Shown here: piece after piece, positions 11,273-23,231 of the stretch
Numbering within the stretch: the stretch's first letter is position 1
Layout: each line of letters starts with the position of its first letter
Assembly: GCA_030141605.1 (NCBI GenBank)
Contig: JAQGDQ010002406.1
Coordinates: 13,385 to 77,384, forward strand
DNA: 64,000 nucleotides
Direction: 5' to 3'
Source of the DNA: Tubiluchus corallicola
Lineage: Eukaryota > Animalia > Priapulida
Translations under genes and position numbers: made by a program
Notes under the pieces: model-generated
What the model was told of the DNA's origin: nothing
Database searches by the model: none
What the model saw: the letters and a program-made list of their open reading frames with translations, nothing else

Positions 11273-12179
11273 TTACATTCTAAATTCACTGAGAACCTTC
11301 TTTACATGGCTTCTAACATCGCAAGGACTCAAAAACAGATCCGACCACCCAGAATTCCTGAACCAAGTCTGCTGTCTCTTGGCAAAATTCCTAGTACGCT
11401 TCTGAACCCTGGATACAACGTCCTCCAGCGAAACTTCACCGCGGATAAGGCTACATATCTCAGTGTACCCAATCCCCTTAAAGGACGGAAACTCATCCCC
11501 GTAACCTTTATACAAAAGATATTCGACTTCGTCAACCCATCCTTCGCAAAACATTTTAACAACTCGATCGTTTATATTATCATACAATGTTCCTCTATTC
11601 TCGTCCAGCACAATGGTATAGTAAGAATACTTAGGCATTCTCCGAAATTCCTCATGGGCTTTACTGAAAGGGATTTTGGTTAGATAAAAAACTTCTAAGG
11701 CGCGCATTATCTTTGCAGAATCATTGTGAGTTATTCTGTCTGTATAATCCTTGTCTACCGTCAGGAGCTCTTTGTACAGGGGTCACCCTCCTTTGACAAT
11801 CTGTCTTTTAACATGGCGCGGATACTAGGGTCACTCGATGGACATTCAAACATGCCGTTAATCAGAGTGTTTATATATAAGGCTGTACCACCTAACACAA
11901 CGGGTATCTTACCCCTTGACAGTATCTCCTCTATACGCCTTTCCGCCATATCAAAAAAGAGGCCGGCAGAGTAGCTTTCGGACGGATCTATAATATCTAT
12001 AAAATGATGGGGAACCGATGCCAACTCTTCACGGAAGGTTTTGACGTGCCCACGTTCATGTATCTGTACACCTGATAAGCATCGGCACTGATTATCTCTA
12101 TATCGTGATCCTGTATCACGCTGTACATGAGGGCATTTTTGCCCGATGCAGTTGCACCGGTAAGTATCGGTATCTTCAT
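11273..12179 (-). CDS. miaA: tRNA dimethylallyltransferase, split by two or more frameshifts
   Basis: GATASGK...IISADAYQVYRYMNVGT; PHHFID...GGTALYI; RALEVF...KGIGY...RNFAKRQQTWF in three frames; mutL-miaA-hfq order. Confidence 0.9.
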
Positions 12180-13939
12180 AATCGATCAAACTTTTTCAAA
12201 AGCTCCTTAAAGGGAATATTGACAACTATCGGTCTTCCGTGGGGGCATGTGTAGGGGTTTTCCGTTGCAAAAAGCCTATCCACTATGTGTTTCATCTCCG
12301 TAAAGGTCAATTCGTCACCCGCCTTGACAGAAGAAGAGCAGGCCTTAGAAACATTTGCAGCACCCATCAAGCCACTGCTATGAACGCCCATAACATCCCC
12401 TATTATCAGCTCCATATCGGAAGCTATATCGCGTTTTGTCATACTGATGGGGATGCTTCTAAGCTCAACCGCATCATCGCCAACACGCCTGATCTTAAAC
12501 CCCCGAAGAGCAAATTCAGAAACATTTGCAGCCACAAAGTCGGCATACTCTTCAGATACATTCAAGACCATAGGTTCATGCAGAGAGATAGTCGGAAAGA
12601 GCTCTGCTTGAGTCTTTTCATACTCTTCATAAAGAACCCTTTCATGGGCAATATGCTGATCTATAAACAGCATATCCCCGGAAGCCGCCTGACAAAGGAT
12701 AAATGTCTTATTTATCTGACCTATTATTCTCAAGTCATCAGAAATCTCGGCGTCTTTTTCCATTGAATCAGTGCTGCCCTCAAACCCCTTCAGGCTGACG
12801 CTCTCAAAACGATCCACAAGACTCGGCACATCTACGCCCTCATCATTTAGACCTTTAACCCCGCTGATACTGCCAGAATCTTTGGGGAAAGATTCTGTCT
12901 GCTCCATCTCGGTAAGATTTATGAAGTATGGTTTTGATCTGTGGGTACCGTAGCCGCCGACATCAATATTGTTTATAGTTCCCCTGACGCTTCTTGCCAC
13001 AAATGAATATACCTCTCTGCTGTTTATGAGTTTTATCTCGCGTTTGCCGGGATGCACATTAACATCGATTTCCGGCGGCGGAATCTCGAGATTTACGACG
13101 CAAACAGGATATTTATTATCGGGCATTCTTCCTTCATAGGCGTTGATAATAGCCTGCACTATGGAGCTGTTGGTTATTACCCTGCCATTTATTCCCACAA
13201 ATATCATATCCCTTCTGCTCTTCGAGACAACGGGATAACAAGCGGCAACCGTTATGGACATATTCTCAAACTTACTCTCACCAAAAGCGACTTTATCCAC
13301 ACCAAAAACCCTATTTGCCCGAACATCCATCCCCTCGTAAGAGTAAGCATGATACACAGTATTTCCATCGGATTTGAGCGATATATCTATCTGTGGATTG
13401 ATCATGGAGAAGTGCTTTATAAAACGGGTAATCTCCCTTTTATAGCTCGTGCCACTCTTGACAAACTTTTTTCTAGCCGGAACATTGTAGAAAAGATCCT
13501 GGACAGTGACAACAGTGCCCAGTCTACCCGGGGCGGGCGCAATATCCATAATCTTGCCACCCTTCACAGAGAGTTGCATGGTGTCATACCCTTGTCTGCC
13601 CGACATTATGCTAAAGTCGCTGACGGAACTGATGGCAGCCAAAGCTTCCCCGCGAAAGCCGAATGTGCCGATATTGTATACGTCATCCAAAGCACGAACT
13701 TTGCTCGTAGCGAATCTTTCGACAGAAACGGGCAAATCTTCCGGCAATATCCCGACACCATCATCGGAAACACGGACAAAATACAACCCACCGCCCTCAA
13801 TCTCTACCGTAACCTTGGATGCCTTTGCGTCAACGGCATTCTCCACAAGCTCTTTTACTATGCTATAAGGATTTTCAACAACTTCACCTGCGGATATCTT
13901 CATGGACACATCAGAATCCAGCATATGAATCTCTCTCAT
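12176..13939 (-). CDS. mutL: DNA mismatch repair protein MutL
   Basis: ISAGEVVE, KELVENAVDA, GFRGEAL, DVNVHP, DQHIAHER, TCPHGRP. Confidence 0.96.
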   Translation of the reverse strand: MREIHMLDSDVSMKISAGEVVENPYSIVKELVENAVDAKASKVTVEIEGGGLYFVRVSDDGVGILPEDLPVSVERFATSKVRALDDVYNIGTFGFRGEALAAISSVSDFSIMSGRQGYDTMQLSVKGGKIMDIAPAPGRLGTVVTVQDLFYNVPARKKFVKSGTSYKREITRFIKHFSMINPQIDISLKSDGNTVYHAYSYEGMDVRANRVFGVDKVAFGESKFENMSITVAACYPVVSKSRRDMIFVGINGRVITNSSIVQAIINAYEGRMPDNKYPVCVVNLEIPPPEIDVNVHPGKREIKLINSREVYSFVARSVRGTINNIDVGGYGTHRSKPYFINLTEMEQTESFPKDSGSISGVKGLNDEGVDVPSLVDRFESVSLKGFEGSTDSMEKDAEISDDLRIIGQINKTFILCQAASGDMLFIDQHIAHERVLYEEYEKTQAELFPTISLHEPMVLNVSEEYADFVAANVSEFALRGFKIRRVGDDAVELRSIPISMTKRDIASDMELIIGDVMGVHSSGLMGAANVSKACSSSVKAGDELTFTEMKHIVDRLFATENPYTCPHGRPIVVNIPFKELLKKFDRL

Positions 13940-14021
13940 TCGGTCTACCCCCATCAAAACAGACTGCGAAAATACACCCACACAAGGAAACAAAATATCT
14001 AAAGGGACAAAAATGACAATA

Positions 14022-14057
14022 AAAAAGTAGCCTTTTGAAAGGAAAAGGCTACTTTTT
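14022..14057. terminator. intrinsic terminator after the dsb pair
   Basis: AAAAAGTAGCCTTTT-gaaagg-AAAAGGCTACTTTTT inverted repeat with T tracts on both strands. Confidence 0.8.
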
Positions 14058-14112
14058 CACACAAATTCAATCTTTAACAACTGAGATCTTCGCCTCAACT
14101 ACCACGGCGACA

Positions 14113-15234
14113 TCACCATGAGTTGACTATATCATCAAGCCTGTTTTTGTTAAACCCTACAATCTTCTCACCATCTATGAATATAGTCGGCGTGCTGTTT
14201 ATATTGAGACTTCGAGCAATCTTCTGGCCATTTCTCACCTTAGTCTTGACGCCTGAAGAGTTTACGAGCTTTTTAAATTTATCAAGATCGCCCGTTTTGT
14301 TGCCAAAGTACTCTATGATGTTGTCACTTCTAAGTCTATGTATCTTTGTATCATAAAGTTCATTATGAAAATTGTAACCCATCAACATCCCCGCTTCAAA
14401 AATCTGACTCAGAAGAAAAGCTTTATCATGTATCTGTTCGATAGGAAAATGCATCAGGTACACAGCAACATCATCTCTGTTCTTTATATTCTTGTTAGCG
14501 TATGTATTAAACTTTGCACAAAAGGAACATTCATAGTCAGAAGCCTCGATAACTATATGTTTTGCATCTCTCTTGCCATACACCAGTGTCAGGTTGGACA
14601 GGTCAATATCGTAGCGAACACTTGCAGCAGCATACTTCTCGAGAAGATTAGTTCTGTTTGCAATATCCATGAGGGAGGTAACCAGATAGTTTCCGTCACT
14701 GACAAGATTTTGCGTACTCACAACTTCGCCGTCTCTGTTAGTGACGGTATAGGTCAGAAAGTAATAACCCCCGGGAATGGGCACCTTGTCATATACCTTC
14801 ACAACGGTAGTGCTGGTGCGCGCCATCGGCATGTTATTTGCAAAATACTTCTCAACATTTGACTTAACCAAGGTCTTAGAAGGCACGGGAGGACGGCGCT
14901 CATGACCGCTGCGGGCAAGATAGTTATCAAGCAAAGACGATCCGTCATAAACGTCAACTATCCTATTCACAAGGGTACTGCCATCGGTAAAACCGAGTAG
15001 ATCAGCGCTGGGAGAGCCTTCCCCCGGCAACTTGGCACTACCGCCAACAAAGTAAAAACCAGGTAGCTCCGGCGAAGGAACTACGTGCTGAATATCTAAT
15101 ACGACATCCGAGTTGATGTTTTTTAGGTAGTCTGTCACCTTCTGTCGTATCTCGTCTTCGGGCGATGCTGCAAAAACACTCACCCCAAACAGGGAGAAAC
15201 ATGCAGCAAGGACCAAACCTCTAACTCTTTTCAT
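14113..15234 (-). CDS. secreted DsbA/DsbC-like thiol-disulfide oxidoreductase with duplicated N-terminal domain
   Basis: Signal peptide; SDYECSFC, HFPI, STPTIFIDG; two similar N-terminal modules. Confidence 0.85.
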   Translation of the reverse strand: MKRVRGLVLAACFSLFGVSVFAASPEDEIRQKVTDYLKNINSDVVLDIQHVVPSPELPGFYFVGGSAKLPGEGSPSADLLGFTDGSTLVNRIVDVYDGSSLLDNYLARSGHERRPPVPSKTLVKSNVEKYFANNMPMARTSTTVVKVYDKVPIPGGYYFLTYTVTNRDGEVVSTQNLVSDGNYLVTSLMDIANRTNLLEKYAAASVRYDIDLSNLTLVYGKRDAKHIVIEASDYECSFCAKFNTYANKNIKNRDDVAVYLMHFPIEQIHDKAFLLSQIFEAGMLMGYNFHNELYDTKIHRLRSDNIIEYFGNKTGDLDKFKKLVNSSGVKTKVRNGQKIARSLNINSTPTIFIDGEKIVGFNKNRLDDIVNSW

Positions 15235-15350
15235 AAAACAACTCCTTCGATTTAATAAATAAAAGCGTATGCGAAACACCACCCGTAAGCTAAGAAGCCA
15301 CACACACAAAAAACATTGCACAAAGAAAGAGCATACCTAATGACAATGCT

Positions 15351-16262
15351 CTACTTCAGAGCTTTCAAGCCATGCCTCAACATCTGCCCATCAGCGCCAT
15401 CCAATCTTTTGCCATTAATGAACAGGACAGGGGTGCTCCTTATGCCAAGTTCCATCACCCTCTTCTCAGCATCCAATACCCTACTGAGCATCTCATCCCC
15501 TTCAACAAGCTCTCTGAATCTATCAGGATCCGACACCTTTTTGGCAAAATGCTCTGTTATTTCGGTTTCAGACATGTCATGAATTTCTCTCTCAAACAGT
15601 TCATCCTTATATTTGGCTGCTTCGCCCAACTGAGCAAGGGATTCAAAAACTACCGCCAAGAACTCAGCCTTCGGGTGAATTTTGCGCAGAGGAAAGTGCA
15701 TCATGTAAAGAGCAACATCATCTTCCATACCTTCCAAAGACTTCTTTAACTCTTCATTTAAACTGGCACAATACTGACATTCAAAATCACTAATCTTCAC
15801 GATAATATTTTTACTGTCCTCATTACCGAAATACATCGTTAATTCACTAACATCTATGTCCACCATCGGACCATAATCATGCTTATACACCTTTGTAAAA
15901 CTCAGGCCCGTCTCCATATCCAAAAAGTCAGGGACTATATACCTTCCGTTTGTAATCAGGTAATCATTGTTTACCTCGTTGCCATTTCCATCACTTATGA
16001 TTAAGTTGACAAAATAGTACCCGATCAGCTCTTTGACCTCCACTAAAGGGTTAGCCTTTACAGCATAGGAAGCATATTCGGGATTTCCTGCCAAAGTAGA
16101 CTTAACCAATTGCTCTATGGAAGAAGCAACTTCTTTAGGGCTTACAGTAGCCACAACACCATCATTAGAAACAGCACTATCCACACTCTGCTTGGAGCCG
16201 GCATCTTTACATCCATAAACGGCAAGCGACAACAACAGCGACAACAACAACATCTTCCTCAT
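15351..16262 (-). CDS. lipoprotein DsbA/DsbC-like oxidoreductase
   Basis: Lipobox AVYGC; SDFECQYC, HFPL, STPVLFING. Confidence 0.85.
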   Translation of the reverse strand: MRKMLLLSLLLSLAVYGCKDAGSKQSVDSAVSNDGVVATVSPKEVASSIEQLVKSTLAGNPEYASYAVKANPLVEVKELIGYYFVNLIISDGNGNEVNNDYLITNGRYIVPDFLDMETGLSFTKVYKHDYGPMVDIDVSELTMYFGNEDSKNIIVKISDFECQYCASLNEELKKSLEGMEDDVALYMMHFPLRKIHPKAEFLAVVFESLAQLGEAAKYKDELFEREIHDMSETEITEHFAKKVSDPDRFRELVEGDEMLSRVLDAEKRVMELGIRSTPVLFINGKRLDGADGQMLRHGLKALK

Positions 16263-16538
16263 AAAATAACACTCCTTAAAAAAAATATAATTCACCACAA
16301 ACGGGCGATAACTCAACAAACCGAAAAAACAGTGCAAAACCCAGTCTTCACATCGCTCGCGCCGTACATCTGCGCTTTACCGCCAACTTTTCTATACATT
16401 CTAAAACGTATACCACTAAACGACAAAAAAAGTCAAAAAAAGTTCAAAAAACCAACCTGATAAAACACTTGATTTGCCCCTTAAATAGTGCTAACTATAT
16501 CAGTCTCTTTATGAGATAAGTTGAGGAACAAAGGCACT

Positions 16539-19340
16539 ATGAATAGTAAGAAAGATTATAAACAAACATTAAACTTACCGAGCACAAAATTTTCGATGAA
16601 AGCAAACCTTTCGTTGAGCGAGCCTGAGCGTTTAAAAAAATGGTCAGAAGCTGGTCTGTACAAGCGCATACTTGAAAGCAGATCTTCGAGGGAGAGCTAC
16701 ATACTGCACGATGGCCCCCCTTATGCAAACGGCAACCTACACATGGGGCATGCCTTTAATAAGATTTTGAAAGACATGGTAATAAAGACAAAATCCGGTA
16801 AAGGCTACAGAGCTCCGTATGTTCCGGGTTGGGACTGCCACGGTCTACCCATTGAATATCAGGTGGAAAAAGGGCTAAAAGGCAAAAAAGATGATTATAC
16901 TAAACCTGAAATAAGAAAAAAATGCAGAGATTTTGCCCAAAAATACATAGATATACAGCGGGAAGAGTTCAAAAGGCTAGGAGTTTTCGGTGATTGGGAA
17001 AATCCATACGTCACTATGGACTATACCTATGAGGCTGTCATACTGGGTGAATTGTACAAATTTTTCAAGAGTGACTCCATTTATCGCGGCTTCAAACCGG
17101 TGTATTGGTGCGCTTCCTGTGCAACTGCTCTGGCTGAAGCTGAAATTGAATACGATGCACACGTATCTGACTCGATATATGTGAAGTTTCTCGTCAAGGA
17201 TAGCAGTCTTTTGGGATTGCCGAGCGATGCCAAAGTTTCTGCGGTAATATGGACCACCACTCCGTGGACATTGCCCGGAAATATGGCGGTGTGCACACAT
17301 CCTGACTTTGACTATTCGGTTATAAAGATCACAAAATCGAATAATAGCAACCTCAAAGTAGGTGAGCATCTGCTCCTTGCAGAGGCATTTCTTGAGATGT
17401 TAAAACTCGAGCTGAATTACGAAGATTATGAAGTTGTGAAGAAATGCAAAGGGAGCGAATTGGAGGGTGTTCTATTTGCTCATCCCTTCCTAGATAGGGT
17501 TTCGTTGTCGATCAACGGCACTCACGTGACTTTGGAGCAGGGAACAGGTCTTGTACACACAGCTCCCGGACACGGTATGGAAGACTACGAGGTTAGCCTC
17601 AGATACGACTTAGACATTATCAACCCTGTGGATGACAACGGTGTCTTTAAAGATGACGTGGAGCTGTTTGCAGGACTAAAGGTGCCTAATGCAAATCAAA
17701 ACATCATAAGCCATCTCAACAATACTGGCACATTGCTAAAGGACACTCGCATAGAGCATTCTTATCCCCATTGTTGGCGCTGCAAAAGCCCCGTCATATA
17801 TCGGGCTACGCCCCAATGGTTTATCTCCATGGACAAGAACAATCTCCGCAATCAAGCATTAGCTGAGATAGAGAGGGTCAAATGGGTACCATCTTGGGGA
17901 AATGCTCGGATTGCTTCCATGATATCCGGCAGACCGGATTGGTGCATATCCCGTCAGAGGACTTGGGGAGTTCCCATCGCTGTTTTCAGATGTGAAAAAT
18001 GTGACGATATCCACATAAATGAAGAGATGATGGAGAAGATCACATCCCTATTTAACGAGTATGGTGCGGATGTTTGGTTTGACAGAGATGCGAAGGAGTT
18101 GATGCCGTCTGGCTACGTTTGCGGTTGTGGTTGCGACAAGTTCGTCAAAGAGACCGATATTCTCGATGTTTGGTTTGATTCAGCACATCTACATTGCTGG
18201 CATGTGGGAAATAAATAGCGATTATTGGCCGCATATCTTGAGGGTAGCGACCAACACCGAGGATGGTTTCAGTCCACCCTTTTAGAAAGCGTAGGCACCA
18301 GAGGCAAAGCTCCATTTTCAGAGGTATTAACCCACGGATTTGTGGTGGACAAGTACGGGAGGAAGATGTCAAAATCCCAAGGCAATGTCACCGCTCCATT
18401 TGAGATAATAAATAAATACGGGGCGGAGATACTGAGGCTGTGGGTATCTTCAGAGGATTATAGCGAAGATGTGAGGATATCCGGCGACATAATAGAGCGT
18501 CTGGTGGAGAGTTATAGGAAGATCAGAAACACCGCAAGGTTTATGTTGGGCAACATACAGGATTTTGACCCTGATAAAGATGCTGTGCCGTATGATGAAC
18601 TTATGGAGCTCGACAAATACATACTGTATAGATGGAATGAAGTGAAAAGACGTATATACAAAGGCTTTGACGACTATCAATTTCATGTGTTCTACCATAC
18701 TTTGTTAGGCTTTTGCATAAAGGATCTGTCTTCGTTTTATCTGGATATACTGAAAGACAGGGCGTATGTATCAAACACCGCGTCCTTGAAGCGCCGTTCA
18801 GCTCAGACGGCTATATTTGAGATAATCAAAGAGATGTGCGTTGTCATGTCTCCCGTGGTTGCTTTTACAGCTGATGAGATATGGGAGTATCTACCGTCGT
18901 TCCGCGGTAAGAGCAAGTTTGTATTCGAACAGTTTTTCCCGGAAGTTAGGGAGACCACAGATCAGGATTTCATCAAGAAATGGAATGACATTGTTGAAGT
19001 GAAGAAAGAGATCAATAGAGCCATGGAGATTGCTCGCAAGGAGAACATCGTCAACTTCCCGCTCGATGCTGAGATACTGCTGCACGTTGATGATAGTGTC
19101 AAGAAGAGCATGGATGTCGATGAGGAGATACAGAAGATATTCATAGTTTCCAAGGTAGTATTTACAGATTTATCGGAAGATGACACCTGTTATAAGTCGG
19201 AAAGTGGGGACGTAAAGGTAATAGTCAAGGCAAGTGATAATGAAAGATGCGAAAGGTGTTGGGTTCGAACGGATACTGTCAGGGACAATGAAGATGGACT
19301 ATGCAATAGGTGCATAGGGGTGCTAGGTGGATCTGCATGA
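16539..19340 (+). CDS. ileS: isoleucine--tRNA ligase (interrupted at ~18180-18230)
   Basis: LHDGPPYANG, HMGH, PGWDCHGLP, WTTTPWT, DWCISRQR, YLEGSDQHRGWF, KMSKS, C-terminal CERCW..CNRC. Confidence 0.96.
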
Positions 19341-19852
19341 AAAAATACTTGTTGGTAGTCGTTTTTGCAATAGCCGTATGTTTGGACGTGTTAACCAAGC
19401 TTTATATTAAGAAAAACTTCGTGCTGCATGACAGCAGACCTGTCATAGATGGTTTTTTTAATATAGTTTATTACCAGAACCCCGGGGCGGCGTTCGGTTT
19501 GCTGTCAAACTTTCCGTCCGATTTTCTCAGGAACGGATTTTTTTATACCGTAACGGTTGTGGCGGTGCTGCTGCTGTTATACTTTGTAAGGGAGGATTAT
19601 GATAACAAAATATCCCCCTACGGCTATGTGTTGATAATATCCGGCGCTATTGGCAACGTCATTGATAGGCTAACCATCGGCAAGGTCGTGGATTTTATCG
19701 AGGTATACATACCTGTTGTAAACAAGTGGTGGCCCGCTTTTAATGTGGCAGATAGTTGTGTCTCCATAGGTATCGGGCTGGTAGTCCTTGAGATGCTTCT
19801 AAATGGAAAAAAAAAAGTAACCTGCTATAGATGGTCTACGAAAAGCCTGTAA
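19337..19852 (+). CDS. lspA: signal peptidase II
   Basis: NPGAAFG, GAIGNVIDR, VVDFI, WPAFNVAD; overlaps the ileS stop. Confidence 0.95.
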   Translation: MKKYLLVVVFAIAVCLDVLTKLYIKKNFVLHDSRPVIDGFFNIVYYQNPGAAFGLLSNFPSDFLRNGFFYTVTVVAVLLLLYFVREDYDNKISPYGYVLIISGAIGNVIDRLTIGKVVDFIEVYIPVVNKWWPAFNVADSCVSIGIGLVVLEMLLNGKKKVTCYRWSTKSL

Positions 19853-19921
19853 GGTCTTAGGTATGATTTCCTAAATATGCACAAACACTCAAGTAGTGAC
19901 GTAGGGAGCTACGCTATTTGA

Positions 19922-21409
19922 ATGACGCAAAGTTATGCCCTTTGTATATATGATTAAGAGCGGTGTTGTCCGTTTTGCAAAAGATCTAGCAGATATCGGA
20001 TTTAAGATAATATCCACCGGAGGTACAGCCAAAGCATTGAAGGATGCCGGCGTCGATGTTATTGATATATCTGAGTTTACAGGTTTCCCCGAAATACTTG
20101 ATGGCAGGGTAAAGACCCTTCATCCCAAGGTTCACGGCGGAATTCTGAACATACGCGACAATGATGCACATGCGGATACAGTGGCAAAACATAATATAGC
20201 AAATATTGATTTAGTTGCCGTAAACCTATATCCCTTCGAAGAGACTGTGTCAAATACGGCTTCATCATTTGAGGATATTGTGGAAAATATAGATATTGGT
20301 GGTCCGTCAATGTTGCGCTCAATGGCAAAAATCACGCCTATGTCACCGTTGTAGTTAATCCTGAAGATTATCAGGGTGTGATTGATGATTAGTTCGCAAG
20401 GGTATTCGAACAGATGAGGAAGACCTTAGCAAAGCTTTTATTTTGCTTTATGATTCTGTCATCTCCCTTTGGCTCAACAAGGAGCGGGATCAGTACCTAT
20501 GGTTGCCGTCCCCGGCAGAAAGAGCCAGGACATATGATATGGAGAGAATCTCTTGGACGCATCCTTTGTATGCTTCACCACTCAGTTTTGAGGTTGGGGT
20601 TTGCAAAGCGGAGCAGCTCTTGGCAAGGAGCTCTCATTTAACAACATCGTAGATATAAACGCAGGGGTGGAGCTAATAAAGGAGTTTTCAAGCCCCGCAG
20701 CAGTGATAGTAAAGCACAACAACCCTTGTGGCACCGCATTAGGAGCAGACATTGAGGAAGCTTATGACAAGGCTTATCTTTGCGATACGGTGAGCGCTTT
20801 TGGAGGGGTTGTTTTTGTCAATGATGTGATTGAAGAACCTTTGGCGATAAAGTTGTCCTCTATATTTTTGGAAGTCGTTGTAGCGCCAGGCTTTAGCGAG
20901 GGTGCCTTGGAGTTGTTCCGAGAAAACATCACTTTGATGAGCTTGATGGGCTAAAGACTCGCACAGAGACGACTGAATATGACGTTAGAGGTCACCGGCA
21001 GTTTTCTTATTATCCAGCAGGGATCTTCTCACCAATGAAGGTGTTCACACTTGCCCACGGTTTGCAAACCTGATGAAGGTGAGCTCAGAGACCTTCTGTT
21101 TGCCTGAAATTTCAAAACATGTAAGTCAAACGCCATAGTGTACGTCAAAGATTTAGCAACCATAGGCGTAGGCGCCGGTCAGATGAGCAGGGTTGTCGTC
21201 AAAATTGGGCGCTCAAGGCTGCCGGGCCTCTTGATGGTGCTGTCATGGTGATCATTCCCGTTTGAGAGGCAATGGATGGAGGCGGCTGCTAAGGGATCAG
21301 AGGCTATCATTCAGCCGGTGGTTCCATAGGGGATGATGAGGATTGTTCAGGCTGCGAATGAAGCAAATATCAGCATGTTATGCACTTCAGTTCGCTCTTC
21401 AAACATTAA
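19922..21409 (+). CDS. purH: bifunctional AICAR transformylase/IMP cyclohydrolase, many frameshifts
   Basis: [61 protein letters not shown] and FKH-stop fragments in several frames. Confidence 0.9.
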
Positions 21410-21438
21410 CCCAATTTTTTTTTGGAGAATATTTAACG

Positions 21439-22699
21439 ATGAAAAAAGTTTTAGTAATAGGTTCTGGAGGCAGAGAACACGCGCTTTGTTGGAAAATATC
21501 TGAAAACCCCGATGTAAAGAAGATATACGCAGCACCTGGCAACGGCGGGACAAGCTTAGAAGATAAAGTGGAAAATGTGCCTATAAAATCGGATGATATC
21601 GAATCTCTACTCGATTTTGCCATCAACAACTCGATAGACTTTACGGTGGTTGGCCCTGAAAACCCATTGGTATCGGGCATTGTAGATCTTTTTGAATCCC
21701 ACAATCTCCGCATATTCAGGCTTATTAAGATGCTGCAAAACTGGAAGGCAGCAAATCTTCAAAAGAGATAATGAAGAGCGCAAATATCCCGGCAGAATAT
21801 GTGAGTTTACGGTTATGCTGACGCTTTGAGCTATGTGAGAAAAGGCGCTCGCTCGTGATCAAGGCAGACGGTCTTGCAGCCGGCAAGGGCGTTGCCGTCG
21901 TCTCTTGACATGTCCTTTGCATTTCAGCGAAAAGTATTGTTGACAGGCTTTTTGCGATGCTGGCAATAAGGTTGTTATTGAAGAGTATTTGGTTGGAGAG
22001 GAGGCATCGTTTTTGTGCTTTACCGATGGAGAAACCATAGTTCCGATGCTGGCATCCCAGGATCACAAAGCGATAGGCAACGGAGATGTCGGAGCAAATA
22101 CCGGCGGCATGGGAGCTTATACCCCTGCCCCCATACTACCTGAAAGACTACAGGAAAAGGCTCTCAATACTGTTGCAAAACCGTTGATCAAAGAACTAAA
22201 GAGAAGAGGCATAACATACAAGGGGATAATATACGCAGGACTCATGATATCAAAAAATGACGATATAGATGTTCTGGAGTTTAACTGCAGATTTGGAGAT
22301 CCTGAAGCTCAACCTCTGCTCATGTGCATTGAAACAGACCTCTTGTCCATAATGGAGGCTTGTTCCAGCGGCAACTTGCACGATATTGACATATCATGGA
22401 GAGATGGGAGCAGCGTATGCGTCGTCCTCGCATCCGGCGGATACCCCGGAAGTTACAAAAATGGTTACGAAATTCTTGGCGCAGACTATGGGGACAAAGA
22501 CCTAAAGGTGTTCCACGCAGGCACCAAGCTAGATGATGGGAAGCTGGTAACCGATGGAGGAAGGGTTTTGGGTATCACTTCATTTGACAAAGACTTAAAG
22601 AAAGCGATAGAAAAAGCCTACGAAGCTTGCAAAAACATCAGCTTCGAAGGGGCATACAGAAGAGATGACATAGGTCAAAAAGCTTTAGGAGGAGAATAG
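21439..22699 (+). CDS. purD: phosphoribosylamine--glycine ligase, frameshifted in 21710-21990
   Basis: VLVIGSGGREHAL, APGNGG, VGPE, KADGLAAGKGV, QDHK, NTGGMGAY, EFNCRFGDPE. Confidence 0.93.
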
Positions 22700-23197
22700 A
22701 TGCCATCAGTTGGAATAATTATGGGCAGCAAGTCTGATTATGATATTGTGAAACCTGCTTTGGATATACTCAGCAGTTTTGGTGTAGAGCATGAAGTTAT
22801 TGTGGCAAGTGCCCATAGGACGCCTGCACGCACTTCAAAGTGGTCCAGAGAAGCTGACCAGAGGGGAGTAAAAGCGATCATAGCTTATGCCGGAGCGGCT
22901 GCTCATTTAGCTGGCGTTGTCGCGTCAGAGACAAATGTCCCGGTCATAGCCGTACCCGTTGCAGCTACAGCGCTAAATGGTGTCGATGCTCTATATTCAA
23001 TGGTGCAAATGCCCGGCGGCATACCGGTCGCGTGCATGGCGATAGGTACAGCAGGTTCTAAAAATGCTGCCCTGTTTGCGTGTCAAATATTGGCACTGTC
23101 TGATGATTCTATGAAAGAGAAGCTGCACCAGTACCGTATTGACATGGAAGCTAAGGTTATCGCGGATAACGATGATCTGCAAAGTGCACTGAAGTAA
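22700..23197 (+). CDS. purE: N5-CAIR mutase
   Basis: IIMGSKSD, SAHRTP, AGAAAHLAG, SMVQMPGGIPVA. Confidence 0.97.
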   Translation: MPSVGIIMGSKSDYDIVKPALDILSSFGVEHEVIVASAHRTPARTSKWSREADQRGVKAIIAYAGAAAHLAGVVASETNVPVIAVPVAATALNGVDALYSMVQMPGGIPVACMAIGTAGSKNAALFACQILALSDDSMKEKLHQYRIDMEAKVIADNDDLQSALK

Positions 23198-23231
23198 TCT
23201 TCCACTCTCTTTTAAAGGGGTTGCGTAAAAT

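Noticed and set aside
13052-14002. Long antisense ORFs (316 aa over mutL; also 5391-6104 over ribD and others)
   Set aside because: Shadow frames of well-supported genes with no recognisable motifs
16539-19340. Naturally split IleRS or stop-codon readthrough
   Set aside because: The junction is garbled over ~50 nt relative to the conserved WFDSG...YLEGSDQ stretch, as expected for bad consensus
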